DNA of 64,000 bases, taken from the NCBI GenBank assembly GCA_963638085.1, contig CAVHPJ010000010.1, forward strand, positions 1,805-65,804. The letters run 5' to 3'. A program made the position numbers and the translations under genes. Of the stretch, positions 9,289 through 19,600 are shown in pieces. Under the pieces are notes generated by a model, which was given only the letters and a program-made list of their open reading frames with translations, was not told the origin of the DNA and did not search any database. The stretch comes from Butyricicoccaceae bacterium. Lineage in GTDB: Bacteria > Bacillota > Clostridia > Oscillospirales > Acutalibacteraceae. How positions within the stretch are numbered: the first letter of the stretch is position 1; every line of letters begins with the position of its first letter.

Positions 9289-10371
9289 TTAGTCCATGTA
9301 ACCTTCTGCAGCAAGCAACTCTGCCAGCAATACGGCACCGCCTGCAGCACCACGAAGGGTGTTATGGGAAACACAAACAAACTTGTAGTCATACTGGGTG
9401 TCTTCACGAAGACGGCCAACGGAAATGGCCATGCCTTTGTCCAGGTTCCGGTCCAGCTTGGACTGTGGGCGATCGTCCTCTTCAAAGTAGTACAGGAACT
9501 GCTTTGGAGCAGACGGCAGATCCAGTTCCTGTGGCTTGCCGGAGAAGGAAGCCCAGGTTTCCAGGATTTCTTCCTTCGTCGGCTTCTTAGCAAAGCGGAC
9601 AAAGGCGGCTGCCAGGTGGCCGTCAGAAACAGGTACCCGCAGGCACTGTGCCGTAAAGTGCGGCTTGGCTGCCGGAACAATTTCACCATTTTCAATGTGG
9701 CCCCAGATTTTCAGTGGCTCCTGTTCGGATTTCTCTTCTTCACCACCGATATAAGGGATAACATTGTCCAGAATTTCCGGGAAAGTATCAAAGGTTTTAC
9801 CAGCACCGGAAATGGCCTGATACGTGCATACCAAAACATCTTCTACGCCAAATTTTTCATCCAGCGGATACAGAGGTGGTACATAAGACTGCAGGGAGCA
9901 GTTGGACTTAACGGCAACAAAGCCGCGCTTGGTGCCAAGGCGCTTCCGCTGATCCTCAATTACCTTAATGTGATCCGGATTCAGTTCCGGAATAACCATT
10001 GGTACGTCCGGTGTAAAGCGATGGGCACTGTTGTTGGAAACTACTGGAATTTCTGCTTTGGCATAAGCTTCTTCCAGTGCTCTGGTTTCCGGCTTAGAAA
10101 GGGAAACTGCACAGAATACAAAGTCTACCAACTCGGCAATTTTTTCAATGTCATTGTCAGCATCCAGAACAATCATATTCTCCATGCTTTTTGGCATTGG
10201 AGCAGTGTTGATTTTCCAAGTTTTTACAGCCTCTTTATAGGTTTTACCTGCGGAACGAGAGCTGGCCGCCAAGGCGGTAACGGTAAACCAAGGATGGTTT
10301 TCAAGGATGGTGGCAAAGCGCTGGCCTACCATACCGGTAGCACCAATGATGCCGACTTTGTACTGTTTCAT
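9289..10371 (-). CDS. asd: Aspartate-semialdehyde dehydrogenase
   Basis: GIIGATGMVGQR NAD(P)-binding motif and the SNCS active-site Cys context. GGAGGG lies 8 nt before the ATG at 10371. Confidence 0.95.
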   Translation of the reverse strand: MKQYKVGIIGATGMVGQRFATILENHPWFTVTALAASSRSAGKTYKEAVKTWKINTAPMPKSMENMIVLDADNDIEKIAELVDFVFCAVSLSKPETRALEEAYAKAEIPVVSNNSAHRFTPDVPMVIPELNPDHIKVIEDQRKRLGTKRGFVAVKSNCSLQSYVPPLYPLDEKFGVEDVLVCTYQAISGAGKTFDTFPEILDNVIPYIGGEEEKSEQEPLKIWGHIENGEIVPAAKPHFTAQCLRVPVSDGHLAAAFVRFAKKPTKEEILETWASFSGKPQELDLPSAPKQFLYYFEEDDRPQSKLDRNLDKGMAISVGRLREDTQYDYKFVCVSHNTLRGAAGGAVLLAELLAAEGYMD

Positions 10372-10544
10372 AATCAATTCCCTCCGGGATGTAAGTTTTG
10401 AAATCCGGTTGTAAACCGGGATTCAATGCAATATAATAGAGCAAGTTGTTTTGCCAAAAAACGGCTTCAACAGTCGCTTTTTGCAAACTTGCAAATACTA
10501 TAAAACATTGCATCTGTAAAGTCAATTGAAAGAGGCCTTCTGAT

Positions 10545-11573
10545 ATGAAAAAATCCGACTTCTGGTATCATCTTCCAGAGGAGCTCATTGCGCAAACACC
10601 CTTAAAGCAGCGGGATGCCTCCCGGCTGCTTCATATGGATCGAAAGACAGGGGAGCTGACCCACGGTCATTTTGATGACATTCTTCACTTTCTTCATCCC
10701 GGTGATTGCCTGATCATTAATGATACCCGTGTCCTTCCGGCTCGCATTTACGGCGTAAAGGAAGGAACCGGAGCCGTTGTGGAATTTCTGTTATTAAAAC
10801 AGGTTGCACTAAATACCTGGGAGTGCCTGGCGGGCCCTGGAAAGAAAGCCAAAGAAGGCACCACGTTTTCCTTCTCTGACGGCAAATTAATGGGCACGGT
10901 GGAGCAAGTAAAAGAAGATGGCAACCGCGTAGTTCACTTTACCTATGAGGGTGACAACTTCTATTCCATTTTGGAAGAAATTGGGCAGATGCCGCTACCG
11001 CCTTATATTAAGGAAAAGCTGGAAGACAAAGAGCGCTACCAAACCGTATATTCCAGAGAATTGGGTTCCGCCGCAGCACCGACCGCCGGTCTGCATTTTA
11101 CGCCGGAACTGCTGGAGCAGGTACAGGAGATGGGCGTCAACATTGGCAAAGTTACGTTGCACGTTGGACTCGGCACGTTCCGGCCGGTAAAAGAGGACAG
11201 CATAGAAAATCACCACATGCACACCGAACACTACCGTATGCCAAAAGAAACTGCGGATTTGATTAACCAAACCAAGGAAAACGGCGGTCGTGTCATTTGC
11301 GTCGGAACCACCAGCTGCCGGACCGTGGAGAGTGTGGCAACGAAATTAGGCTGCATCGCCGAGGATGAGGATAATACCAGTATCTTCATTTATCCGGGAT
11401 ACCAGTTCCGTTGCATGGACGGCCTTATTACGAATTTCCATTTGCCGGAAAGCACCCTGATTATGCTGGTTTCTGCCTTTGCCGGATACGAACACACCAT
11501 GCACGCCTATGACGTTGCGGTACAGGAAAAATACCGTTTCTTTTCCTTCGGCGATGCAATGTTTATCTCTTAA
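10545..11573 (+). CDS. queA: S-adenosylmethionine:tRNA ribosyltransferase-isomerase
   Basis: Full-length QueA-like sequence ([15 protein letters not shown]..., [19 protein letters not shown]). Confidence 0.95.
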   Translation: MKKSDFWYHLPEELIAQTPLKQRDASRLLHMDRKTGELTHGHFDDILHFLHPGDCLIINDTRVLPARIYGVKEGTGAVVEFLLLKQVALNTWECLAGPGKKAKEGTTFSFSDGKLMGTVEQVKEDGNRVVHFTYEGDNFYSILEEIGQMPLPPYIKEKLEDKERYQTVYSRELGSAAAPTAGLHFTPELLEQVQEMGVNIGKVTLHVGLGTFRPVKEDSIENHHMHTEHYRMPKETADLINQTKENGGRVICVGTTSCRTVESVATKLGCIAEDEDNTSIFIYPGYQFRCMDGLITNFHLPESTLIMLVSAFAGYEHTMHAYDVAVQEKYRFFSFGDAMFIS

Positions 11574-12719
<1,146 letters not shown>

Positions 12720-12782
12720 GAAAACAGCATGGTATAATAAGCGTGCTAATCGGGGGAACCCGTAAATTATGGAGGTAAAACA

Positions 12783-13211
12783 ATGGATTTTAACGCCCTT
12801 GCCGTTCTTTTAAGTACGGCGTCTACATCCGGATCTAGCAGCTCTTCCGGCGCATCTTCTATTTGGATGGTTGTAATTCTGATCTTCTTTGTAGTTTATA
12901 TGTTTATGATGTCCAGAAGAGACAAGAAACAGAGAAAAGAAGAGCAGGACATGAGAGAATCTCTTAACATCGGAGATGACATTATGACCATCGGCGGTGT
13001 TATGGGACGGATTGTTTCCGTAAAAGAAGACAGCATTGTCATTGAAACCGGAACTGATCGCACCAAGATTCGCTTTGCCAAAACCGCTATTGCCACTAAC
13101 TTAAGTGCCAAAGAACGTGCAGAAGCAGCCAAGAAAGCCGCAGCAGATAAGGCTGCCGCAGAAAAGGAAGCTAAGAAAGCTGCCAAAGAAAAGGCAAAGA
13201 AAAGCAAATAA
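12783..13211 (+). CDS. yajC: Preprotein translocase subunit YajC with a Lys/Ala-rich C-terminal tail
   Basis: Single TM followed by the GDDIMTIGGVMGRIVSVKEDSIVIE core of YajC. The tail is AEAAKKAAADKAAAEKEAKKAAKEKAKK. Confidence 0.85.
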   Translation: MDFNALAVLLSTASTSGSSSSSGASSIWMVVILIFFVVYMFMMSRRDKKQRKEEQDMRESLNIGDDIMTIGGVMGRIVSVKEDSIVIETGTDRTKIRFAKTAIATNLSAKERAEAAKKAAADKAAAEKEAKKAAKEKAKKSK

Positions 13212-13232
13212 CTATTTGACGAAACAACAACT

Positions 13233-13286
13233 AAGCCGGATAAGGCGCAGACTGCACTGTCTGTTCCTTATCCGGCTTTCTTTTTC
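13233..13286 (+). terminator. Rho-independent terminator after yajC
   Basis: 13-bp stem AAGCCGGATAAGG/CCTTATCCGGCTT (13233-13245/13266-13278) followed by TCTTTTTCT. It sits at the point where (+) and (-) gene blocks converge. Confidence 0.8.
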
Positions 13287-14300
13287 TTAATTTTGGTTCT
13301 GCTCTTTAATTTTTCTGTCTATTTCCTTGCGATTTGCTGGTGCATTTAATGGGTTGTTGTCCGTGGCCGTCTTTAGCTGCTCATTTACCACATGTGTATA
13401 AATTTGCGTAGTTCCCACATTTTCATGGCCCAGGATTTCTTTCAATTCCAAAACGTCGGCATTCCCATACTGGTACATCAGCGTGGCGGCTGTGTGGCGC
13501 AGTTTGTGGACGGAATACCCTTCCAATCCGGCTTTTTCTAATGCTTGGTAAACAACGTGCTGCACCGTTTTCGGTGAAATGCGTTGTTTCCGATTGCTCA
13601 GAAAAAGCGCCGTTTTGTCCTTAACACCGTCCACCGGCCGCACAGCCATATATGCGTTAACAGCTTGAATACAGGCATCGTTTAGGTAGATTGTTCTTTC
13701 TTTGTTGCCCTTACCGGTAATTTTAACGGTATTATCATTCCTGATGTCCGTGTAATTCAGGCTGACCAGTTCAGAAAGACGCATGCCACAGTTTAAGAAA
13801 AGCGTAATCATGGCGTAGTCACGCTCTTTGTTAGGACCATCTGCAGCCTTTTCCAGCAATTTCATGGCCTCTTCTAAAGTTAGGTATTTGGGCAGTGTTT
13901 GCTTCATTTTAGGTGTGTCCAGTTCCTGCATAGGATTCTCTTCTAAAATGTGTTTCTGCACGGTACAGAATTTAAAAAAAGCGCGTAACGACGAGACTTT
14001 TCTGGCTCTAGTGCGTGCTGAATTCTGCCGTTCATCCTTACAAAAGGAAAGGAATGCATAGGCATCTGCCAAGGTGATTGTTTTGATAAAAGAAGCATCA
14101 ATATCTTTGATTACTATTTCTTCAAAGGGGTCGGAGGGGGAGACTAGGCCACGTTCTTTCTTTAAAAAGCGAAAAAACGTACGCAGATCCGAGGCATATT
14201 CACTGATGGTGGCCTTGGATTTATTTTTGATGGCGTCCATATAGTTTAGAAATTCCACCAGTAACGGCGGAAAGGTGTCATAATCTGCACGGGTAATCAT
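13287..14300 (-). CDS. Site-specific tyrosine recombinase (XerC/XerD / phage-integrase family)
   Basis: N-terminal SAM-like core-binding domain. C-terminal catalytic signature (..R.., HKLRHTAAT, LGHENVGTTQIYTHV). AGGAG RBS lies 5 nt upstream. Confidence 0.85.
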   Translation of the reverse strand: MITRADYDTFPPLLVEFLNYMDAIKNKSKATISEYASDLRTFFRFLKKERGLVSPSDPFEEIVIKDIDASFIKTITLADAYAFLSFCKDERQNSARTRARKVSSLRAFFKFCTVQKHILEENPMQELDTPKMKQTLPKYLTLEEAMKLLEKAADGPNKERDYAMITLFLNCGMRLSELVSLNYTDIRNDNTVKITGKGNKERTIYLNDACIQAVNAYMAVRPVDGVKDKTALFLSNRKQRISPKTVQHVVYQALEKAGLEGYSVHKLRHTAATLMYQYGNADVLELKEILGHENVGTTQIYTHVVNEQLKTATDNNPLNAPANRKEIDRKIKEQNQN

Positions 14301-14329
14301 AGAAACTCCTTGAACATAGAATAGTAGTT

Positions 14330-14350
14330 ATTGTGAAACTGTTTCACAAT
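14330..14350. repeat. 21-bp perfect palindrome, 30-50 nt upstream of the recombinase start (operator-like)
   Basis: ATTGTGAAAC-T-GTTTCACAAT. An extra half-site-like TTCACAA lies at 14368-14374. Confidence 0.6.
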
Positions 14351-14725
14351 CATATGAGTAATTTATATTCACAAAACAGTAGCACTATTTTGTATCATTT
14401 CTCTTTATTATAGATTTCTTTGTCCGGATATACAAGCAATAGAAGTAGTACTTGTATCCTGTAACGAGAGTCTCTGATCAGTTGGTCTGTATTCTTTATA
14501 ATCTGTATAACTACGCAATATATTCTGTATTTTATCTGATTTATTTCTGTTATTTTTACTTTGCATAGGCTTACGTTCATACAGATTTTATTTATTCCAC
14601 AGAAATACTAATTAGGCACCAAAAAGTGAGCAAAAAAGATTCAATCAGTTTTTTTCGCACAGAGGAAGACTCATGCAGAAAAAACTGATACGGCTCTGAA
14701 TACAAAGAATTATATCAACAGAAAG

Positions 14726-14775
14726 AAAAGCGTAATCCAGTTCAGACACAAAATCTGTCCTTGGATTACGCTTTT
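14726..14775. terminator. Bidirectional intrinsic terminator downstream of radA
   Basis: Stem AAAAGCGTAATCCA/TGGATTACGCTTTT (14726-14739/14762-14775). Followed by TTTTGCTTTTT on (+) and UUUUCUUUCUG on (-). Confidence 0.75.
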
Positions 14776-14794
14776 TTGCTTTTTATCCTGCCCT

Positions 14795-14826
14795 TAATTA
14801 TACAAAACATTTATTTTGTATAATTA
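14795..14826. repeat. 13-bp AT-rich perfect inverted repeat
   Basis: TAATTATACAAAA-CATTTA-TTTTGTATAATTA, located between the radA stop and the terminator. Confidence 0.6.
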
Positions 14827-14885
14827 CGTATTTCTTTTTATAGGGCTCCTATCTCTGTACTCCCGCTAAATCGCCAGAGAAAAGA

Positions 14886-16268
14886 TCAGATGGCAGCGTC
14901 CAATGCCTGGCTGATATACCGGACTCCAATGACTTCAATTTGGTTAAAGACATCCTTTGGCAAATATTTCAAATTATCTTTGGGAATAATGACTCTGGTA
15001 AAACCAAGCCGGGCAGCTTCTCTAACACGTTGTTCGCAGTAGCCAACGCTGCGGATTTCTCCGGCAAGACCAATTTCGCCAAAGGCCAAAACGTCATCTT
15101 TGACAACCACGTTTTTCAAACTGGAAACCAGTGCTAAGGCAACAGATAAATCTGCAGCCGGTTCATTCAGCTTCAATCCGCCAATGACATTCAGGTAAAC
15201 ATCCATATTGGAGAAGTAGTACCCTCCCCTTTTTTCTAAAACGGCCAGAATCATATTAATCCGGTTGAAGTCAAATCCATTACACATACGCCGCGGATTA
15301 CCAAAACCTGTGGTTGTAGCAAGGCCCTGTACTTCGGCCATAATGGGTCTGGAGCCCTCCATAATACAGGCTACACAGGATCCAGAGGCGTTTTCCGGAC
15401 GTCCGGAAAGCATCATCAGACTGGGGTTTTCTACCTGCCGCAGTCCACGGTCCATCATTTCAAATACGCCGATTTCATTGGTAGAACCAAAACGGTTTTT
15501 AGCGGCTCTGAGGATGCGGTAAGACAGGTTCCGCTCCCCTTCAAAATAAAGGACAGTGTCTACAATATGTTCCAGTACTTTAGGCCCAGCAATATTGCCA
15601 TCCTTGTTGACGTGGCCTACCACAATAATGGGGATATTCAGTTCTTTGCAGGCTCTGGTCAGCCAGTTGGTACATTCCCGTACCTGCGTAATGCTGCCAG
15701 CGGAAGAACTGAGTTCCGTTAGCATCATGGTTTGAATAGAGTCAATAATGACAACGTCTGGCGCTGCTGTACGCATTTCTTCCGTAATCAGTTCCACGTC
15801 CGTTTCTGCCATAACCGACAGATTTTCAGAAGTAACGCCAAGTCTGTCTGCCCGCAATTTAATCTGATGTGGACTTTCTTCGCCGGAAACATAAAGCACC
15901 GTCAAGCTTTCTCCAAAGGTCTGGCAAACCTGCAGCAGGATAGTTGATTTACCAATGCCAGGGTCACCACAGAGCAGCACAATGGAGCCTTTGACAAGAC
16001 CGCCGCCAAGAACACGGTCAAATTCGGTCATGCCGGTGTGGTAGCGCTGTTCCCCGTCTGTTTTAATTTCATTCATCTTGTAAGACAGCGCGCGTCTACC
16101 GGTACTTCCTTTCCGTACAGTTCTGCCGGACGGCGTCATATCTTCTTTTTTTCGAATTTCTTCTTCCATGGTATCCCATTCCCCACACTGAGGGCATTTT
16201 CCATACCATTTCGGATTCTCATATCCACAGGATTTACAGATATATACACTTTTCAGTTTATTTGCCAT
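14886..16268 (-). CDS. radA: DNA repair protein RadA/Sms
   Basis: CKSCGYENPKWYGKCPQCGEW zinc finger, GDPGIGKST Walker A, KNRFG motif and a Lon-protease-like C-terminus. Confidence 0.95.
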   Translation of the reverse strand: MANKLKSVYICKSCGYENPKWYGKCPQCGEWDTMEEEIRKKEDMTPSGRTVRKGSTGRRALSYKMNEIKTDGEQRYHTGMTEFDRVLGGGLVKGSIVLLCGDPGIGKSTILLQVCQTFGESLTVLYVSGEESPHQIKLRADRLGVTSENLSVMAETDVELITEEMRTAAPDVVIIDSIQTMMLTELSSSAGSITQVRECTNWLTRACKELNIPIIVVGHVNKDGNIAGPKVLEHIVDTVLYFEGERNLSYRILRAAKNRFGSTNEIGVFEMMDRGLRQVENPSLMMLSGRPENASGSCVACIMEGSRPIMAEVQGLATTTGFGNPRRMCNGFDFNRINMILAVLEKRGGYYFSNMDVYLNVIGGLKLNEPAADLSVALALVSSLKNVVVKDDVLAFGEIGLAGEIRSVGYCEQRVREAARLGFTRVIIPKDNLKYLPKDVFNQIEVIGVRYISQALDAAI

Positions 16269-16281
16269 TTCATTTACTCCC

Positions 16282-16325
16282 AGAAAAAATTAAAGGAAGC
16301 GATCCGAATGGGATCCGCTTCCTTT
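16282..16325 (-). terminator. Intrinsic terminator after the cupin gene, immediately before the radA RBS
   Basis: AAAGGAAGCGGATCC/GGATCGCTTCCTTT stem (one bulge) followed on (-) by AAUUUUUUCUG. The radA ATG lies about 14 nt further on. Confidence 0.7.
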
Positions 16326-16331
16326 ATTATA

Positions 16332-16655
16332 TCAGAAGATAACTACTAACAACATTTTAAAGTTTTCTTTGCCTTCCACAGCGTGTGGGTGCTTTGCAGG
16401 CATTACAATGGAGTCTCCTTCTTTTAATTCATACTCCACACCGTCAATGGTGATTTTACCAATACCGTCTAAGCAAGTAACCATTGCATCTCCACCGGAT
16501 TCGTGGGTGCTGATTTCCTCCCCTTTCCAGAAGGAGAACAGCGTTACACTGACGAAATTATTCTGAGCCAGTGTTTTGCTGACCACTTGACCTTGTTGGT
16601 ATTCAACCTCCTCTTTTAATTTTAAAACAGTTGCTTTATCAATATTTTTTAGCAT
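16332..16655 (-). CDS. Cupin domain protein
   Basis: 107 aa with the cupin pattern G.E.STHESGGDAMV...G...P...PHAV. AAAGGA RBS. It starts 39 nt after the upstream stop. Confidence 0.7.
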   Translation of the reverse strand: MLKNIDKATVLKLKEEVEYQQGQVVSKTLAQNNFVSVTLFSFWKGEEISTHESGGDAMVTCLDGIGKITIDGVEYELKEGDSIVMPAKHPHAVEGKENFKMLLVVIF

Positions 16656-16694
16656 ACTTAAAATCCTTTCTAGGGTACTAGTCTGATGGGTTAA

Positions 16695-19600
16695 TTATAC
16701 TCCTTTTTGCCGTACAGCGTCTACTGCGTGAAGGAAAGGTTCTGCCTCTTCTTCTGTAATGTGATGTTCAAAGTCTACCGAGCCACGAATGGACGGAACC
16801 TCTACTGCATTTTCTTTGGATTCCATCAGAAGTCGAAGAATAATAGCCGTATTCTCATCACTGGAATTCAAAGTAATCATTCCATCTGTATTCTTCTTGT
16901 GCATGCACAGCGTTTTAGCAAAACGATATCTGGCATATCCGCCTGCCATAAATGGAATCTTTTCATCGGCTACTGCCATTAACTGTTCCATTGGGGTAAA
17001 CAAATCAGAATCCGGCATACAATTTGCTACTGCTTCATGCAGTTTAACCCACCCACGGTAGTCTCTCTTTTGCTTTCTGGACGAATTGGCATTAATATCC
17101 AGTGCATTCATTAAGAATGCTTCCGAGAGCGGCGTGGGAATAAACAAGTTTCCATCTCCAAAAGCCTGGAAATTTTCTTCTGCGATGTACTTCTTATAGA
17201 TGCAAAGTGACTCGCCTATAACAAACAGTTTCCGATTTCTTTGATTTTTATGAGCAGCATTTACCAGGGTAGCCAGTTCTTGCAAATACTCTTTTGAACC
17301 GGGTTTCAATTTCACTTGTAAGAGCAGTGTTTCTCTTTCCTCTTCCGGTATGGCAGAAATTAAATCTTGTCGGATTAAGTTCTGATACAGCTGGTCAGAA
17401 TTTTTGAAATCGATAAGATCTTCTAGGTAAAACGCATGCAAGTCTACAAAGTATCCTCTACGTTTTAATTCATCTGCAATTAGGTGAGCATACATATTAA
17501 AGGTTTCTGCACCTTCGTTCATTGGGAAATAGATATCATTCATTTTTCCCTTTTCCACGGCGCCCAGCATTTCTTCCAGTAAAACCTGCAGCGTATAATA
17601 TTCATTATTGATGGCATAATTGATTGGCTTATGATGCTGCATCGGCCCTGCAATTTTAACATCCAACGGTGAGCCAAATTGAGTTAAAACGGCATCCTTT
17701 AGGAATTCTGTGTAAACGCCAAGCTCCGGAATAATAGCAACATGTTGCAAGCCTGCATGTGGTGTTTTAACAGGATAAACTGCCTCCTCATTATTTTGTC
17801 CACGAAGTGTATATAGAAATGCTTCAATCCGCGTAATAATGCCAATTGGAGAGGAATGTTCATCTACCTCTAAGTGTAGATATTCCCTCCCTTCCATTTC
17901 CTGCTTTACGCAGTGTTGAATGGTGGAGTCCGGGCCGCAACCATGGTTTGTAATATAAATGGGATACAGATTCTTTTTGCCCATGGTGCAGTTAATACCA
18001 GACATAATATGCTGTCCAAACGGCCAACACATGTCGCGATATTCCTCTGGCAAGGTAACCAGCTTTCTGGCATCTAAGTGTTCCAAATGGATTACTCTAC
18101 AGCCCAGTTTATCCAATTGCTCTTGGATTCCCATATTAAGAACCGGATCATATAAGTTGTAAGGACGGGTAATCAGGACAAAGGTTGGTTCATCATCAGA
18201 CAGGGCAATATTTCCTAATTGTCCCAGGCGAGCCAGATGTGCTCCCATATCTTTCATTGCCAAAGCCATGGCAGCCATCAATTCCGGTTTTGATTTTCCT
18301 ACGTCCGGTCCGATTTGAAGAATATTTTTCAAGTTATACTTCATGCCGAATTCCAATGACAGTTCCGGCTGTAGTAAGGTAACGCCCTTTTCCTTAAAGT
18401 GGAATGTTTCTTCCAAAATCAGGGAAGACGTCTGGAAATACATACATCCATAGTTTCTTCTAGCCCCATCTTTGTTAATCAAAACGGTATAAACACGAGG
18501 CATTAAAACATAATCTACACCCTGTTCTAACAACCAAGCCACATGTCCATTGAGCAGTTTAATTGGATAACATACTTCTTCTTTGGTGTACTCTTGTGAC
18601 AGTTCTACAATGTGCTTGTCTGTTAGTGGGGAAATAAGAACATCAAAACCAAGGTTCTTAAACATAGAGCAGAACAGCGGGAATGCAATATGTAGAAACA
18701 GTGCACGAGGAATACCAACAACCTTTTTGCCACTTCCCGGTTCCGGATGATACTTCTTCATATAAGAAGCTTCTGTTTCATCCACAACAAACTTATTCAT
18801 GCTACGGTTCTTCTCTTTATTAAAATGTAAGAAGTTTCCTGTCCGACAAAGATGGGCTGCACCAAGTGCACCGGTTACACTAAAATGTTCTGAAATAACA
18901 ACTTCTTTTCCCGTCAATTGGCGGAATGCGCATACTACAGCCTGGTTATAAGCAATACCACCTTGTAAAGCAATATGGTTGCCAACCGGTTTTTGATTCA
19001 CTACACGATGTAAATAGTTTTCTACAATGGAAAGCGCAATACCGGCGCAAATGTCCGGCATAGAACGTTCATCGGCAATTGCCTTGGTAATCCCGCTTTC
19101 AATAAATACGGTACAGCGGCTTCCCAGTTCACATGGATTTTCCGACTGTAATGCCAATTCAGAGAATTCTGATAACCCAATTCCTAATTTTTTAATCTGT
19201 TCTTCTAAGAACGCACCGGTTCCGGCAGCACAGATTTTATTCATTTCAAAATCATCCATATGACCGTTTCGTACACTCATATATTTAGAGTCTTGGCCAC
19301 CAATTTCAAAAACAGTATCCGTTTCCGGATGGGACAACAAAGCGCCTTCTGTTTGCGCAGTAATTTCGTTAATGGTAATACTGGCACCCAATTCTCTGGC
19401 AATATACTCACGGCCGGAACCGGTAACAGCAATACCTTCAATGGAACAGTCTTCCGGCATTTCTGCCTTCATCTTTTCTATTTCTGCCCGTACCAGCTTT
19501 AATGGATTACCGGTATTCTTAATATAGGTATAGTACTGCATCCTGTCGTCTTCGCCAATTAAGACCAAGTTGATACTGGTGGAACCAATATCAATACCAA

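Noticed and set aside
9364-10401. 345-aa ORF antisense to asd
   Set aside because: It is a shadow of a highly conserved gene and shows no motifs. The same reasoning applies to 30310-31134 and 31147-31917 (antisense to rel), 37077-37655 (antisense to rubrerythrin), 39592-40233 (antisense to argB), 47491-48081 and 48432-48977 (antisense to tlyA/xseA), 49983-50570, and 55124-55750.
10378-10544. Lysine (L-box) riboswitch upstream of asd, or preQ1 riboswitch upstream of queA
   Set aside because: The 167-nt divergent region must hold two promoters. Only a 6-bp hairpin (CCGGTT-TAC-AACCGG) is seen, with no conserved L-box or preQ1 elements.
12896-13207. 103-aa (-) ORF antisense to the yajC tail
   Set aside because: It is generated by the GCN/AAR-rich Lys/Ala repeat of yajC read on the opposite strand. 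It has no start signals.
14395-14580. 61-aa (-) ORF in the AT-rich intergenic region
   Set aside because: No RBS is present, the composition is driven by AT-rich DNA, and it has no recognisable domain. It is kept only as part of the non-coding-region finding.
14586-14602. DnaA-box-like TTATTCCACA
   Set aside because: It is a single imperfect copy (one mismatch or an insertion relative to TTATCCACA). There is no cluster of boxes and no adjacent dnaA or dnaN, so it is not an origin.
13200-14900. dif site next to the Xer-type recombinase
   Set aside because: Visual scanning found no ATGTAAA/ATGTTAA-type XerD arm and no 28-bp dif-like palindrome.
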